Shown: positions 26,001-39,170 of the stretch, piece by piece
Numbering within the stretch: the first letter of the stretch is position 1
Layout: every line of letters starts with the position of its first letter
From: Octopus sinensis
Taxonomy: Eukaryota
Assembly: GCF_006345805.1 (NCBI RefSeq)
Contig: NC_043011.1
Location: 50,356,464 to 50,420,463 of the forward strand
Length of the DNA stretch: 64,000 nt
Direction: 5' to 3'
Notes under the pieces: generated by a model
The model's input: the letters and a program-made list of their open reading frames with translations, nothing else
The model's database searches: none
What the model was told of the DNA's origin: nothing
Position numbers and translations under genes: made by a program

Positions 26001-26559
26001 ATAAAAAACCTTAATACTTGTGTTGACTAACATCAGGATTATTGTGACACTTGTGGCTGGGGACATCATTGTTGCTGTGATATATGTGCAGTCTCTCGTG
26101 GAAAAACTTCGACATTCATTTCTATGATGATCGAAGTTTTTCTACGAGAGACTCCACTGTACGGGAAATAAAATGGCCATAAACACATGTAATAATATTA
26201 TAACTGTAACAATGTGGAATGATGTTTGTAGCCTACAGGCGCAAACTTCTTAGAATATTTCTAATCAGCAACATCTTATGAAAATTGGCGATTCCAACGG
26301 TGCTGTCAGTGTGATTAGTTTGGTCTACGTGACATTCACCTGTTGGTAACCTTGCGATCGATGGGAACATAAGAGATTTGATATGTTTAGCGAAACTTCT
26401 GTAATGTGACTGATATGTTATGAAACTTATTCATGGAGTTATCGATAAATGTTAGCAATATGTTTGTCCAACTTACATGTATATAGACAGAGACATACGC
26501 ACTAACATGTTTAAGTTTATATATATATGTGTGTGTGTGCCTGTGTCTCTGGGTATATG

Positions 26560-27410
26560 TATATATACATGTATGTATGTATGTATGTATGTATGTATGT
26601 ATGTATGTATGTATGTATGTGTATATGTATGTATGTATGTATGTGTGTATGTATGTATGTGTGCATGTATGTATGTATGTATGTGTGTGTGTATGTATGT
26701 ATGTATGTATGTATGTATGTGGTTTATGTAGGTGGTAGTGTGTGTGTGTATGTATGTATGTATGTATGTATGTGTGTATGTATGTATGTATGTATGTATG
26801 TGTGTATGTATGTATGTATGTATGTATGTATGTATGTGTGTATTTATGTAGGTATGTATGTATGTATGTATGTATGTATGTATGTATGTATGTAGGTGTT
26901 GTATGTATGTATGTGTGTATGTATGTTATGTAATGTGTGTATGTATGTATGTTGTATGTATGTATGTATGTATGTATGTATGGTGTATGTATGTATGTAT
27001 GTGTGTATTTATGTATGTATGTATGTGTGTGTGTATGTATGTATGTATGTATGTATGTATGTGTGTATGTATGTATGTATGTATGTGTGTATGTATGTAT
27101 GTATGTGTGTATGTGTGTATGTATGTATGTATGTATGTATGTGTGTATGTATGTATGTATGCATGTGTGTATGTATGTATGTATGTGTATATGTATGTAT
27201 GTATGTATGTATGTGTGTATGTATGTATGTGTGCATGTATGTATGTATGTATGTATGTGTGTATGTATGTATGTATGTATGTATGTATGTATGTGTGTAT
27301 TTATGTAGGTATGTATGTTTGTATGTATGTGTGTATGTATGTATGTATGTGTGTGTGTATGTATTTATGTGTGTATGTATGTTTGTATGTATGTATGTAT
27401 GTGTGTATGT
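26560..27410. repeat. (ATGT)n microsatellite
   Basis: Direct. Confidence 0.95.
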
Positions 27411-27609
27411 ACGTAAGTATACATATATGTATGTGTATACATGTGTGTGAGAAAGTTGCGTGAGTGTATGTGTGTGGACGTCGGAACATTTATGCTATGT
27501 AATATTTATTATATACAATACTAATCTCGAAATCAACAGTCTCATTTCAGTTTATTGCTTATGTTGAGTAGAGGCAGTGATAATTGCGTTGGTGTATATT
27601 TGTGGAGGT

Positions 27610-28405
27610 AAAGAAGACGAAGAAGAACAAGAAGAACAAGAACAACAAGAAGAAGAACATGAAGAAGAACATGAAGAGAACATGAAGAAGAAGAAACAGA
27701 ACAAGAACAAGAAGATGATGATGATGAGAATGAGGAGGAAGGGGGGAGGAGGAGGATAAAGTGGAAGGGAGTAGGAGAAGAAGAAAATGAAGACGAAGAA
27801 GAAGAAGGAGAAGAAGAACAAGAAGAACAAGAAACAGAACAAGAAGAAAAATAACAAGATGAAGAAGAAGAAGATGAGGAGGAGGAGGAGGAGGAGGATG
27901 AAGGGGAGGAGGAGAAAGTGGAGGGGAGTAAGAGGGGTGGTGGTTCAGGAAACAAGGAAAAGAAAGAGAAAGATGAAAGAAGAAAGATGATGATGAGAAG
28001 AAGAAAAAAGAAGAAGAAGAGAAGAAGAGAGGGGAGGAGGAAGATGAAGAAGAAAAAGAGGAAGAGGGGAAGAGGAAGATGAAGTAGAACAAGAAATAGA
28101 GCAAGAAGAAGAAAAAGAACAAGATGAAGATGATGATGACGATGATGATGATGAGGAGGAGGAGGAGGAGGAGGAGGAGGAAGTGGAGAGGAGTAAGAAG
28201 AGCTGGTGGTTCAGGAAACAAAGAAAAGAAAGAGAAAGATGAAAGACGAAAGATGATGATGAGAAGAAGAAAAAAGAAGAATTAGACGAAGAGGAAGAAG
28301 GAGGAGGAGGAGGAGAAGAAGAAGAAGAAGAAGAAGAAGGAGAAGAGGGGAGGAGGAAGATGAAAAAGAAAAAAAGAAGAAGAAGAAGAAGAAGAAGAAG
28401 AAGAC
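27610..28405. repeat. Purine-rich (GAA/GAG)n low-complexity tract with an internal duplication of about 265 bp period
   Basis: ggtggttcaggaaacaa...gaaagagaaagatgaaaga occurs twice (about 27937 and 28205). Confidence 0.9.
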
Positions 28406-28818
28406 GACCCGGGTCGTCTTAACAGCACCATACCTCCTCCCGGACCGAGGTACAGTATACATAGATCAGAAAGGAAAGGCTAGATTCGTGTCACCCCCAC
28501 CTCTGTAAACCGTCCAGTGTTGACGTGCCTTAAGATCGTGCTGATCTGGACTACATGAACATGTCGTAAACAGTGGTATGCCAACATATGACGCATTTTG
28601 TTTGGCTGCTTCATCGTTCTTCTTTCGCAAATATGGAGTATGGGAGAGAAATGTGATTAAGACATTTGTGTTTTGTGTCAATGTTTTTACATTTTATTAC
28701 TAATTACTATTCATAATGCCAACGCGATATAATTTGGCTCATATAATTAATTTTTATAATAGATATCAAACAGCCTGTTTTAGAATACTGTGTATCGACA
28801 GAATACTGTAGTACAGAG

Positions 28819-29148
28819 AAGGCGGCGAGCTGGCAGAAACGTTAGCACGCCGGGCGAAATACGTAGCCATATTTCGTCTGCCGTTACGTTATGAGTTCAA
28901 ATTCCGCCGAGGTCGACTTTACCTTTCATCCTTTCGGCGTCGATAAATTAAGTAGTAGTTACGCACTGGGGTCGATATAATCGACTTAATCCGTTTGTCT
29001 GTCCTTGTTTGTCCCCTCTGTGTTTAGCCCCTTGTGGGTAGTAAAGAAATAGGTATTTCGTCTGTCGGTATTTCGTTCTGAGTTCACATTCCGCCGAGGT
29101 CGACTTTGCCTTTCATCCTTTTCGGGTCAATAAATTAAGTACCAGTTT
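28819..29148 (+). mobile_element. S1 SINE plus partial tandem second unit
   Basis: Head aaggcggcgagctggcagaaacgttag; body restarts at gtatttcgtctg after the tail. Confidence 0.9.
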
Positions 29149-29572
29149 CGACCGAGACATAAAATTTTACAAGAAACAACTCAAGGACGGTGCCGCAGAA
29201 TAATGGAACGCAGTAGATACAACTCCACAACAGAATAGATGAGAAATGACCTTCTAAACACTGGAGCAACGCTTCCACAATTCAGGAAATAATCCTGGCA
29301 ACGGCCAGAAACAGTCTCTCTGTTCTGGAGACACGACATGTTATAATGAAGTTATTACCTTCCACACCCCTCTCCAACTTTTATTGGCATCTGTAAGTCT
29401 CTTTTAATTAAAGTGGATGAAATGAAGACACGGAAACTGCATGTACGTCCGATATTGTCGTTACGGTAGTAGTAGTAGTAGTAGTAGTTATGGTGGTGGC
29501 GGTGGTGGTAATGGTGGCGGTGGTGGTGATAGTAGCAACGGTGGTGGAAGTGATGGTGGTAGGAGTGATGCA

Positions 29573-29702
29573 GATCGTTCTTTAATCCCAAGTCGGCCCT
29601 GATCGAGCAGATCTACCATTAGAATTATTCCAACCATAATTGCTGCACTGTTAGGAACACACACACACACACCCACACACATATATATATATATATATAT
29701 AG

Positions 29703-29733
<31 letters not shown>

Positions 29734-29821
29734 CACATATATAACGGTGCAGCAATTATGGTTGGAATAATTCTAATGGTAGATCTGCTCGATCAGGGCG
29801 ACTTGGGATTAAAGAACGATC
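29573..29821. repeat. 80-bp near-perfect inverted duplication (29573-29653 / 29742-29821) around a microsatellite spacer
   Basis: Direct reverse-complement match. Confidence 0.9.
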
Positions 29822-29850
29822 ACACACACACACACACACACATATATATG

Positions 29851-29914
<64 letters not shown>

Positions 29915-29974
29915 ATATAATATATATATATATATTCACATATATGTATATATATGCACATATACATATATGTG

Positions 29975-30091
29975 TATCAGCCGAAATTGCGAGGTTCTTG
30001 ACTGCAGATTAAAAGCTTCGAATGACCCGCCCGTGTTTTTGTATCGTCTATTTGGATGTATTGCGTTCTTGACCCATTTTGTATCTATCTA

Positions 30092-30156
<65 letters not shown>

Positions 30157-30390
30157 TATATATGTATATATATATATATGTGTGTGTGGGTGTGTGTATA
30201 TATATATCTATATATATATATAATATGTATAAATATATATATTCACATATATGTATAATATGCACATATACATATATGTGTATCACCGAATTGCGAGGTT
30301 CTTGACTGCAGATTAAAAGCTTCGAATGACCCGCCGTGTTTTTGTATCGTCTATTTGGATGTATGCGTTCTTGACCCTTTTTGTTATCTA
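29975..30390 (+). mobile_element. Two tandem PLE-like tail fragments in TA tracts; a minus-strand copy lies at 43098-43226
   Basis: cagccGAAAttgc.agg (possible 3' half of an HHR)...gttcttgactg.agatt.aa.gcttcgaatg shared by all three. Confidence 0.6.
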
Positions 30391-30394
30391 TCTA

Positions 30395-30471
<77 letters not shown>

Positions 30472-30499
30472 TATATATATATATATGTAAACTTATATA

Positions 30500-31403
30500 C
30501 AGGGTGTCCATAAAGTCTCTTTACAATTTTAAAATTTTATTACATAGGCAGTTGACAAGATATCTTAACCAGATTATTGTAATAATTATTTATTTAAGTT
30601 TTTTTAGCTGCTATTTAATATACCTCAATATGGGCACCATTAGTTTTGCGGAGCACATCAAGACGGTACTCGATTTCTTGCCATGTTCGCTGTGGAATAG
30701 CCCCATCAACGGTGGCAATGGTATTACGTATCCTTTACATCAAGTCAGCAATGTCTCGTATCTTTATTTGATACACGAAATCTTTTACATAACCCCATAA
30801 AAAGAAGTCCAAGGGAGTGATATCTGGTGAACGCGGTGGCCATGGAATTGGCCCATCGGTCTGAAAATGTTTGATTGAGGAACTAATGAACATGCCATCC
30901 CCAATGTGGTGGTGCACCATCTTGCTGGAAAATGATGGTTGGTTGTAAATCAGTCAGTTTTGTTGCCACATATTCTGTCAGAAGGTCGAGGTAAGCGTCT
31001 GCAGAAATTGTTGCCTCGTTGAAGAAAAATAGACCAATTATTCGATTGCACATGATTCTACACCACTCATTCACTTTTGGACTATCCCATTGAAGCTCCA
31101 TAGTCACATGGGGGTGTTCTGATACCCAGATTCTCACATTGGGTCTGTTTAATTTCCCTGAAACAGGAAAAAGTCACCTCGTCACTAAACCAAACTCGCT
31201 TGCGGAATGCTTCATCCTCATTTTATAGGGGTTCAGTGAATCAGTTCCCTCCCATTAACAAAGTATCTGAAACACAAAAATTTAATATCAATAAAAACTT
31301 TAATTAACAATTATTAAAATAAAACAAATCTGGTTAAAATATCTCATCCACTGCCTTTGTAATAATTTTTTTTTATTTGTAAAGAGACTTTATGGACACC
31401 CTG
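30500..31403 (-). mobile_element. Internally deleted Tc1/mariner-superfamily transposon, probably DD41D (rosa/Visitor) type
   Basis: Perfect TIR cagggtgtccataaagtctctttacaa, TA TSDs; FSDE, FQQDGAPPHW, WPPRSPDITPLDFFLWGYVK. Confidence 0.9.
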
Positions 31404-31904
31404 TATATTGTACATGTATGTATGTATGTATGTATGTATGTATGTATGTATGCATTCATGTATGTATGTACGTATACCATAGAGAAGGATGGAGAAATGT
31501 ACATCTTCAAAAATTACCGAAAATAATATTACACTTACTAAATTCCATTCCGACACATGGTTCCGCTGGATGAGTGTCCTGCTGTCCTTTCACGTGGAAG
31601 TTGTGTGCGCTTTGTGTTAATTATATACTCTGTATGCGATATGAAATCCAAGAAAGCGAACTCAAGAGTTACCTATCGAGCGAAGTACCGTTTTAATGCT
31701 TATTTTAAACACTTCTCTAAATTCTCTATATTCCCTATTATACGCTGTGGTTAATCAGATCTGGATTATATGAAAGTGCTAATAGGGTACCCGCTTGGAT
31801 TCCAGGTCTCTATACCTTCAGGCTATCTATCTATCTATCAATATATATATATATATATATATATAACGGGAAGGTTTATATATATATAAGGTTTATATAT
31901 ATAT

Positions 31905-32112
31905 AACGGGAAGGTTTACGAAAATAAACAAAAGACGAAGGCATGTGGAGTACAAACAAACAAATGTATTAGTATGGCGCTCAGGAATAGAAATAGAACA
32001 AGTCTTTTACGTTTCGAGCCTACGCTCTTCGACAGAAAGATACACAGAAAAAAACAAGGAGAGAAACAAGGAGAGAAAAAATGCGTGTAGGAGCTAACGA
32101 TCTAACATGGCG
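31905..32112 (-). mobile_element. PLE-like terminal element (family A) in a TA tract
   Basis: Homologous to 42785-42965, 57150-57300, 57755-57905 and to plus-strand pieces 56898-56972, 57502-57572. Confidence 0.7.
32004..32039 (-). ncRNA. Minimal hammerhead-like motif, CUGUCGA core, zero-loop helix III
   Basis: Minus strand: cttt CTGTCGA a gagc-gtag-gctc GAAAC GTA aaag. Confidence 0.6.
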
Positions 32113-33190
32113 TTATGTGTGTGTATATATATATATATTATATATATATACACGTCATCTGATTGAGACCACCCGTACATTTAGCTCTCTGGGATTCATC
32201 TCTAAAGCACAGCTGCTATAACTTTAGAATCACACATTATTTGAAATGTGCAGTAGATGATTTTGAGTGTGTCCGATCTTATTTATTCGTTTTTTTTTTG
32301 TGTTTTTTTTCGAGAAGCCACCCTTTGGGACTAATACATTGACATTCGAGAAAGAAATACTCATATGCGTTAGCCTAAAATGGTAACTCCTGTTTTTCTC
32401 GTGTTATTTATGTAGTTACCTTACCAATTCAGGTGCAGCTGCAACGAACAAAGGGTTTATTTTGTCTTAGCAATTGCAGCGGTTTAATGTTTCACTTTCA
32501 ACTTTGCACTTCTAATATGCATCCGACATACACATATGATGCATTAATAAAGCGTCCCCACTTTCTGTCTGCAGTTCGTAAGGATCTACTCTTTTCGCCC
32601 CCAGTTCCTCTCCTCTTAATTACTCAAAGTTTTCTCCGACAAAATCCGCTAAGATTCCACGATCTCTGTCAAGCTTTCTAGCTCTTACTCGCTCATTCAC
32701 ACATTCACTATACCTTTTTACTCTATCATGTTACCGCTCTAATTCCTCTCCTTTATTTTGTCTCTCTGCCTTTGGGGTTTTTTTTCCTCTACTGTTTCAT
32801 TTACGCTGTCTCTTCCTTCTTGTAACTTACGTTCATGGTCTCCACAATTTTGCTGCTTCTGCAATGAGTATCAAACTTGCCGATTGATTATAGCCTCATT
32901 CTCTTTCTCTCTCTCTCTCTCTTTCTCTCCCTTTCTTTCTCTCCCTTTCTTTCTCTCTCATCCTTTCAGTATTAGTCCTTATGTGTCTAATGCACTTCTC
33001 ATTATAATATATTTCCCTTTTACTGCCAACTTTCTCGGTACAAACACTGTTTTCCTCTCTAGAACTTTCTCGTGCAGCGGACAGAAACGAAAACATGCAA
33101 TGAAAGGGACACATAATTTGGTCCCATCTATATATGTATATATATATGACTGTGTATATATATGTATATATATATATGTGTGTGTGTATA

Positions 33191-33241
<51 letters not shown>

Positions 33242-33324
33242 TATATATATATACAGTGCTACAACTTTTACAACTACAAGCAGTAGTAACAGTAGAATCA
33301 TCAGCTGTAGTAGTAGTAGTAGTA

Positions 33325-33356
<32 letters not shown>

Positions 33357-33777
33357 TAGTTCTATTTTGCTTCCCTTGTACTCTGCCTCTTCCACCACTT
33401 CATCACTCTCCTTCCCCTTCTGTCTCATCATCATCAACATAACGATCGTCATCATCATCACCCTCATCATTATTATGCTCTTAACCAACAGAAGTATCGT
33501 AGCCGTTGTCGTCATTGTTATCGTCGTTATCGTCATCGTTATCATCATCGTCGTCGCCTTCATTTTGTTGTCATCCTTGTCACTTATCGACATCACTTTT
33601 AATGGCCAAGAGCCAAAACAAATGTAAATTCTATTATATACAAATAGACACGTAAATATATTTACTACACACTAATACACACACAAACATACATATATTT
33701 CTCACTAACTTGCTTGCTTCCATTTTTTTTTGTCTCTTCTTGCCATTCTCTTTATTTATACAATATATGTATATATG

Positions 33778-33816
<39 letters not shown>

Positions 33817-33996
33817 TGTGCGTATGCGAGTGTGTGTGAGCGTGTGTGTGTGTTCGGACGTGCATGCATTACCTATATACATATATACATTATATATACT
33901 GATAAATGTAAACATATATGCATATAAATGTATGTATGTATGTATGTAAGCATAAACATAGACACACACATACATAGATATACACACAAGTACGAA

Positions 33997-34035
<39 letters not shown>

Positions 34036-34312
34036 TATATATTATATATATATATATATTATATATATTATATATATATATTATTATATATATATAATGT
34101 ATATGTATATACAACAAACAAACATATATACATGCATATATACATGCATACATGCATGCGTGCATACATGTAAATAAACACACTCAAGAAACACATACAT
34201 GCGCTGATATGCCCCTTGACCTAGCGTATGAGAGACAATCATGGCCGAAGAATTCATAGTAATGCACAGTATTGCGGAGTCAAAGAATCACAGAGTTTAT
34301 TACATCGCTTCA

Positions 34313-34380
34313 CTGACGAGATGTGATTCTGCTGAACGGAAGCAGCTCTATCGAAACTTGACCGGCATATTGGTCAAGGA
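34313..34380 (+). ncRNA. Possible degenerate hammerhead
   Basis: CTGACGA gat..ctgct/agcag..atc GAAA cttgacc/ggtcaag; triplet is GGA and helix I is poor. Confidence 0.3.
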
Positions 34381-34957
34381 TATTACATTCCGTTTACAGC
34401 GAAGCAAAGGTCTGCTTAATACGCCTGCAATGTCAAGCTAAAGAAGATCGTCTGCATTTGAAAATCTCTTGCGTTTTAATAATCATTTATATCCGAACGA
34501 ACGAAGCCGTATAAGAAAACATAGATGCTTGCAAATGCATAGGAACTAATGGTGGAAATTCATAATTGAATGAAAGAACAAAATGCAAAGAAAGTAACAG
34601 ATGAACACATGTCAATATAATTAGAAAACAGGTTTAGAAATAAAGACGGGGTAAGAGTAGAGTGATGAAGGGGAGAAGGATTAGATGACATCTAGTAATA
34701 GACTAATATCAAGAAAATAACGATTTTTCACCTTCGGCACAGAGATACAGAGACACGGAGTGCTTGAAGAAAGGAAGGGTCAATTAAACCTACCTTTATA
34801 GTTGAATGTTTCTTATTTTATTAACCCTAGAAAGATGAAAGGTTATGCCGTACTGAGTAAAAAGATCCATTTGTTACCTGCAGCTGTAGTTACTTGCTGC
34901 ACTTAGGAGATCAAAAGCAGACGATATCGTTTATTTTGTCAATTTACCTTTGCAGGT

Positions 34958-35430
34958 TTGTGGAAGCACATGGCTTAATGGTTAGAGCAGCGGACTCGCG
35001 GTCGAGGGATAGCGGGTTCGAATCTCAGACCGGGCGATGTGTTTGTGTTTATGAGCGAAACACCTAAGCTCCACGCGGTTCCGACAGTAGGTAATGGCGA
35101 ACTTCTGCTGACTCTTTCGCCACAACGTTCTGTCACTCTTTCCTCCTAAATCTTGCGGCTCACCTGCGACGGACCGGCGTCTCGTCCAGGTGGGGAACCT
35201 ATACGCCAAGGAAACCGGGAAACCGGCCCTTATAAGCCAGACATGGCTCGAGAATAAAATGTGTATATATGCACGCGCGCGCGTGTATGTACTGCATGTG
35301 AGTGAAGGATTCGATTTGTACATGTCGGGATAGATCAACGGCGACCCGTCCAGGTGGGGAACCTATACGCCAAGGAAACCGGGAAAGCGGCCCTTATGAG
35401 CCAGACGTGGATCGAGAAGGAACAAACAAA
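34958..35430 (+). mobile_element. tRNA-headed SINE (family S2) with duplicated 3' part; another copy at 41275-41590
   Basis: tggcttaatggttagagc...ggttcgaatctc; gtccaggtggggaacctatacgccaagg occurs twice. Confidence 0.85.
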
Positions 35431-35864
35431 CCTTTGCAGTTTATTATCTCTATAAAATAAATCACGAGCAGTCAATAACAAAAGCACTGATTTCTAGTTG
35501 ATGATAATTTCCAAATCAATTAATATTGATTAATATAATGAGACCAACAAATATGCCAACAGCGAACCCTTTTTTCTTTACACATCCCAATCCTTAAAGC
35601 ATAGTTCATCTTACGGAGGATTTGCAAAAGATGTTGTACAGACTCACCCCAATTTTCCAATATCCTTCGTTCCATACCAGTGCATGGACACGGATTTCCA
35701 GTGGGGCAATGATCTGGAGAGAAAAGTCTGAAAATACTGGAATATGTCGGATGCACCAGAGTTGAAGAGAGATAGAAAGACAAGTGAATCAAGGCTGCCC
35801 GAGCCGTGGAGGTATTACATCATCCAACAGAAAGGAACAGAAGCCATTATAGAAGCAATAAAAA

Positions 35865-36648
35865 CGGCGGCGAGCTGGCAGAAACGTTAGCACGCCGGGC
35901 GAAATGCTTAGCGGTATTTCGTCTGCCGCTACGTTCTGAGTTCAAATTCTGCCGAGATCGAGTTTGCCTTTCATCCTTTCGGGGTCGATAAATTAAGTAC
36001 AAGTTACGCACTGGGGTCGATTTAATCGACTTAATTCGTGTGTCTGTCCTTGTTTGTCCCCTCTGTGTTTAGCCCCTTGTGGGTAGTAAAGAAATAGGTA
36101 TTTCGTCTGCCGCAACATTCTGAGTTCAAATTCCGCCGAGGTCGACTTTGTCTTTCATCCTTTCTGGGTCGATAAATTAAGTAGCAGTTACGTACTGGGG
36201 TCGATATAATGGACTTAATCCGTATGTCTGTCCTTGTTTGTCCTCTCTGTGTTTAGCGCGTTGTGGGTAGTAAAGAAATAGGTATTTCGTCTGCCGCTAC
36301 GTTCTGAGTTCAAATTCCGCCGAGGTCGACTTTGCCTTTCATCCTTTCGGGGTCGATAAATTAAGTAGCAGTTACGTACTGGGGTCGATATAATGGACTT
36401 AATCCGTTTGTCTGTCCTTCTTTGTCCTCTCTGTGTTTAGCCCCTTGTGGGTAGTAAAGAAATAGGTATTTCGTCTGCCGTTACGTTCTGAGTTCATATT
36501 CCGCCGAGGTTGACTTTGCCTTTAATCCTTTCGGGATCGATAAATAAAGTACCAGTTGCGCACTGGGGTCGATGTCATCGACTTAATCCCTTTGTCTGTC
36601 CTTGTTTGTCCCCTTTATGTTTAGTCCCTTGTGGGCAATAAAGAAATA
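35865..36648 (+). mobile_element. S1 SINE with one head and 4 tandem body units of about 184 bp, single 14-bp TSD
   Basis: Units restart at gtatttcgtctgccg (about 35913, 36098, 36282, 36466); TSD agaagcaataaaaa at 35851-35864 and 36649-36662. Confidence 0.92.
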
Positions 36649-37442
36649 AGAAGCAATAAAAAGACAGAGAGGGGCCATCACACACGAGCAAGAGACTGGT
36701 GTATGTTTGTTAGTAACTGAATTCCATTTAGTCTGGATGTTGCCCAGGTTATCTATAGACAGAGTAACAGTAGCGTCTCAGACTTGATAGCATAACTCCA
36801 TTGTAAGTCTCGTTTGAGCCTTCATATCTGTGTATATGTCAGTATGAACTCCATTACCTCACTGTTGTATTTCCGAACAACACTGAAATAACGGAGATCT
36901 GCCTGAAGCTTAATAAAGAGCAGAAACAAATGGATGTAGGAAATAAAATATTGACAAAGAAACTTTCGTTTGACGTAATTGGACGACCTAAAACAATGGA
37001 GTTGTGCAATAACTGTCAACAGATGTCGTGTTTGTGGTTTCCTTAACGTTGTAGGTTTATTATGAAACAGCGGTGATTTAAAGCAAGCGGAAGCCTCATT
37101 AGTATTGATGGCACGAGGCGACAGAGAGACGAGAAAGAAGAGCGTGTGATGGAGAGAGAGACAGAGACACAGAGAGACACAGATAGAGAATAGGCTAGAG
37201 GTAGAGAGGGAACAAGACAGAAGGACAGAGAAAGGTGGGGGGGATAATAGAAAAGAGTGAGCTAGAGATAGCATGCGACAGAGAGCATGAGAGTAAACGA
37301 GAAAAGCCACCCGTGTGTGTATGGTCAGATGCATGGATAGACGTAGTCCTATGTAGGCACATATATATATGTATGTATGCATGTATGTATGTGTTTAAAC
37401 ATTGAATAAGTGTGTGGGCGTTTGTGTGTGCTGCAAGTGTGT

Positions 37443-37666
37443 GCTGGCAGAAACGTTAGCACGCCGGGCGAAATGCGTAGCCGTATTTTGTCTGTCGTTA
37501 CGTTCTGAGTTCAAATTCCGCCGAGGTCGACTTTGCCTTTCATCCTTTCGGGGTCGATAAATTAAGTACCAGTTACGTACTGGGGTCGATGTAATCGACC
37601 TAATACCTATGTCTGTCCTTGTTTGTCCCCTCTGTCTTTAGCCCCTTGTGGGTAATAAAGAAATAG
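37443..37666 (+). mobile_element. S1 SINE
   Basis: Matches the family consensus. Confidence 0.9.
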
Positions 37667-37767
37667 TTATATGTGTGTGTGTGTGTGTGTGTCTGTGTGT
37701 GTGTGTGTCTGTGTGTGTGTGTGCATATACATGTGTGTGTATATATATATATAATATATATATATAG

Positions 37768-37812
<45 letters not shown>

Positions 37813-38176
37813 GTGTATTTATATATGTACTGTATATATATTTATGTGTGTACGTATATATATATATACTTATACATATACACACACACACACACGCACA
37901 TATATATATATATATATGCGTATATGTGTGCGTGCATGTGTTTATGCACGCGTCTACGAATGTATATATTTGTGTGTATTTGTGTGTATGTATATATGTG
38001 TGTGTGTGTATGTTTACTGAAGAACCAATATCGTGGCTGCGCCTTGCTTGAGTCCAATCGATGCTTGTCGATTCACTGTGGTAACTACATACACACCTAC
38101 ACACACGCTCGCACGCACGCAAACACATATACATACACAGACACACACTCTCTCCCTCTCTGTTTCTCCTTCGATT

Positions 38177-38214
<38 letters not shown>

Positions 38215-38454
38215 ACTTTCACTTTATCTCTCACGCTCATAAACACTCATACACACACAAACACTCGCGCATACATTTACATACATTACCGTTGCTATTT
38301 AACCCGATGCAGTCCCTGTACGAATACATCTACGATTGATCAAAGGCGTTCCAGCTGTGATTATCCCATTTACTTTTCAAAATTATACTACAAAACACAT
38401 TTAAAGTATAACTATTGAATATCATTCCTCTTCAAATTAATCTTCCTGGTTGTT

Positions 38455-38788
38455 GTTGGTGGTGGTGGTTGTGGTGGTGGTGGTGGTGGTGGTGTTGGTG
38501 GTGATAGTGGTGGCGGTGGTGGCAGTGGCGGTGGCGGTGGTGGTGGTGGTGGTGGTGGTGATGGTGGTGGTGGTGGTGGTGGTGGTGATAGTGGTGGTGG
38601 TGGTGGTGGTGGTGGTGATAGTGGTGGTTTTGGTGATAGTGGTGGTGGTGGTGGTGGTGGTGTGATGGTGGTGGTGGTGGTGGTGGTGATAGTGGTGGTG
38701 GTGGTGGTGGTGGTTGTGATAGTGTGGTGGTGGTGGTGGTTGTGATAGTGGTGGTGGTGGTGGTGGTGGTGGTGGTGGTGGTGGTGGT
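38455..38788. repeat. (GGT)n microsatellite
   Basis: Direct. Confidence 0.95.
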
Positions 38789-38960
38789 TAGCCCCTGATT
38801 GAGCAGACTTATAATTGAAAAACATTCCGAGGCTGTATTTCTCCTATGTTCAAGAACCCGATCGCCGTATTCCCCGACGTGACTATTTGTCTCGGAGATC
38901 GAAGTCACCCCAGCATAATTTAACCACCAAATAACAGATTTCTGTTATACACTATTGGCA

Positions 38961-39170
38961 GAGGCGAGCTGGCAGAATGCGTAGCCGTATTTCGTCTGCC
39001 GTTTACGTTCTGAGTTCAAATTCCGCCGAGGTCGACTTTGCCTTTCATCCTTTCGGGGTCGATTAAATAAGTACCAGTTACGCATTGGGGTCGATATAAT
39101 CGACTTAATCCATTTGTCTGTCTTTGTTTGTCCTTTATGTGTTTAGCCCCTTGTGGGTAGTAAAGAAATA
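38961..39170 (+). mobile_element. S1 SINE with a TSD of about 15 bp
   Basis: actattggcagaggc and actatcggcagaggc flanks. Confidence 0.88.

Larger units (their letters stand above)
24100..26090. repeat. Degenerate 33-bp minisatellite with higher-order structure, interrupted by SINE, LINE and another repeat
   Basis: Unit approximately atggctaccgtgatatttgtgcatattaacgcc; 11-aa periodic ORFs on both strands. Confidence 0.8.
24408..26254. repeat. About 130-bp inverted repeat pair (24408-24536 / 26126-26254) plus local hairpin 26090-26153
   Basis: tctaagaagtttgcgcctgtaggctacaaacatc vs gatgtttgtagcctacaggcgcaaacttcttaga. Confidence 0.85.

Noticed and set aside
27542-28462. Acidic or Ser/Phe-rich protein gene
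   Set aside because: Low-complexity GAA/GAG tract with frame shifts and no splice or domain support
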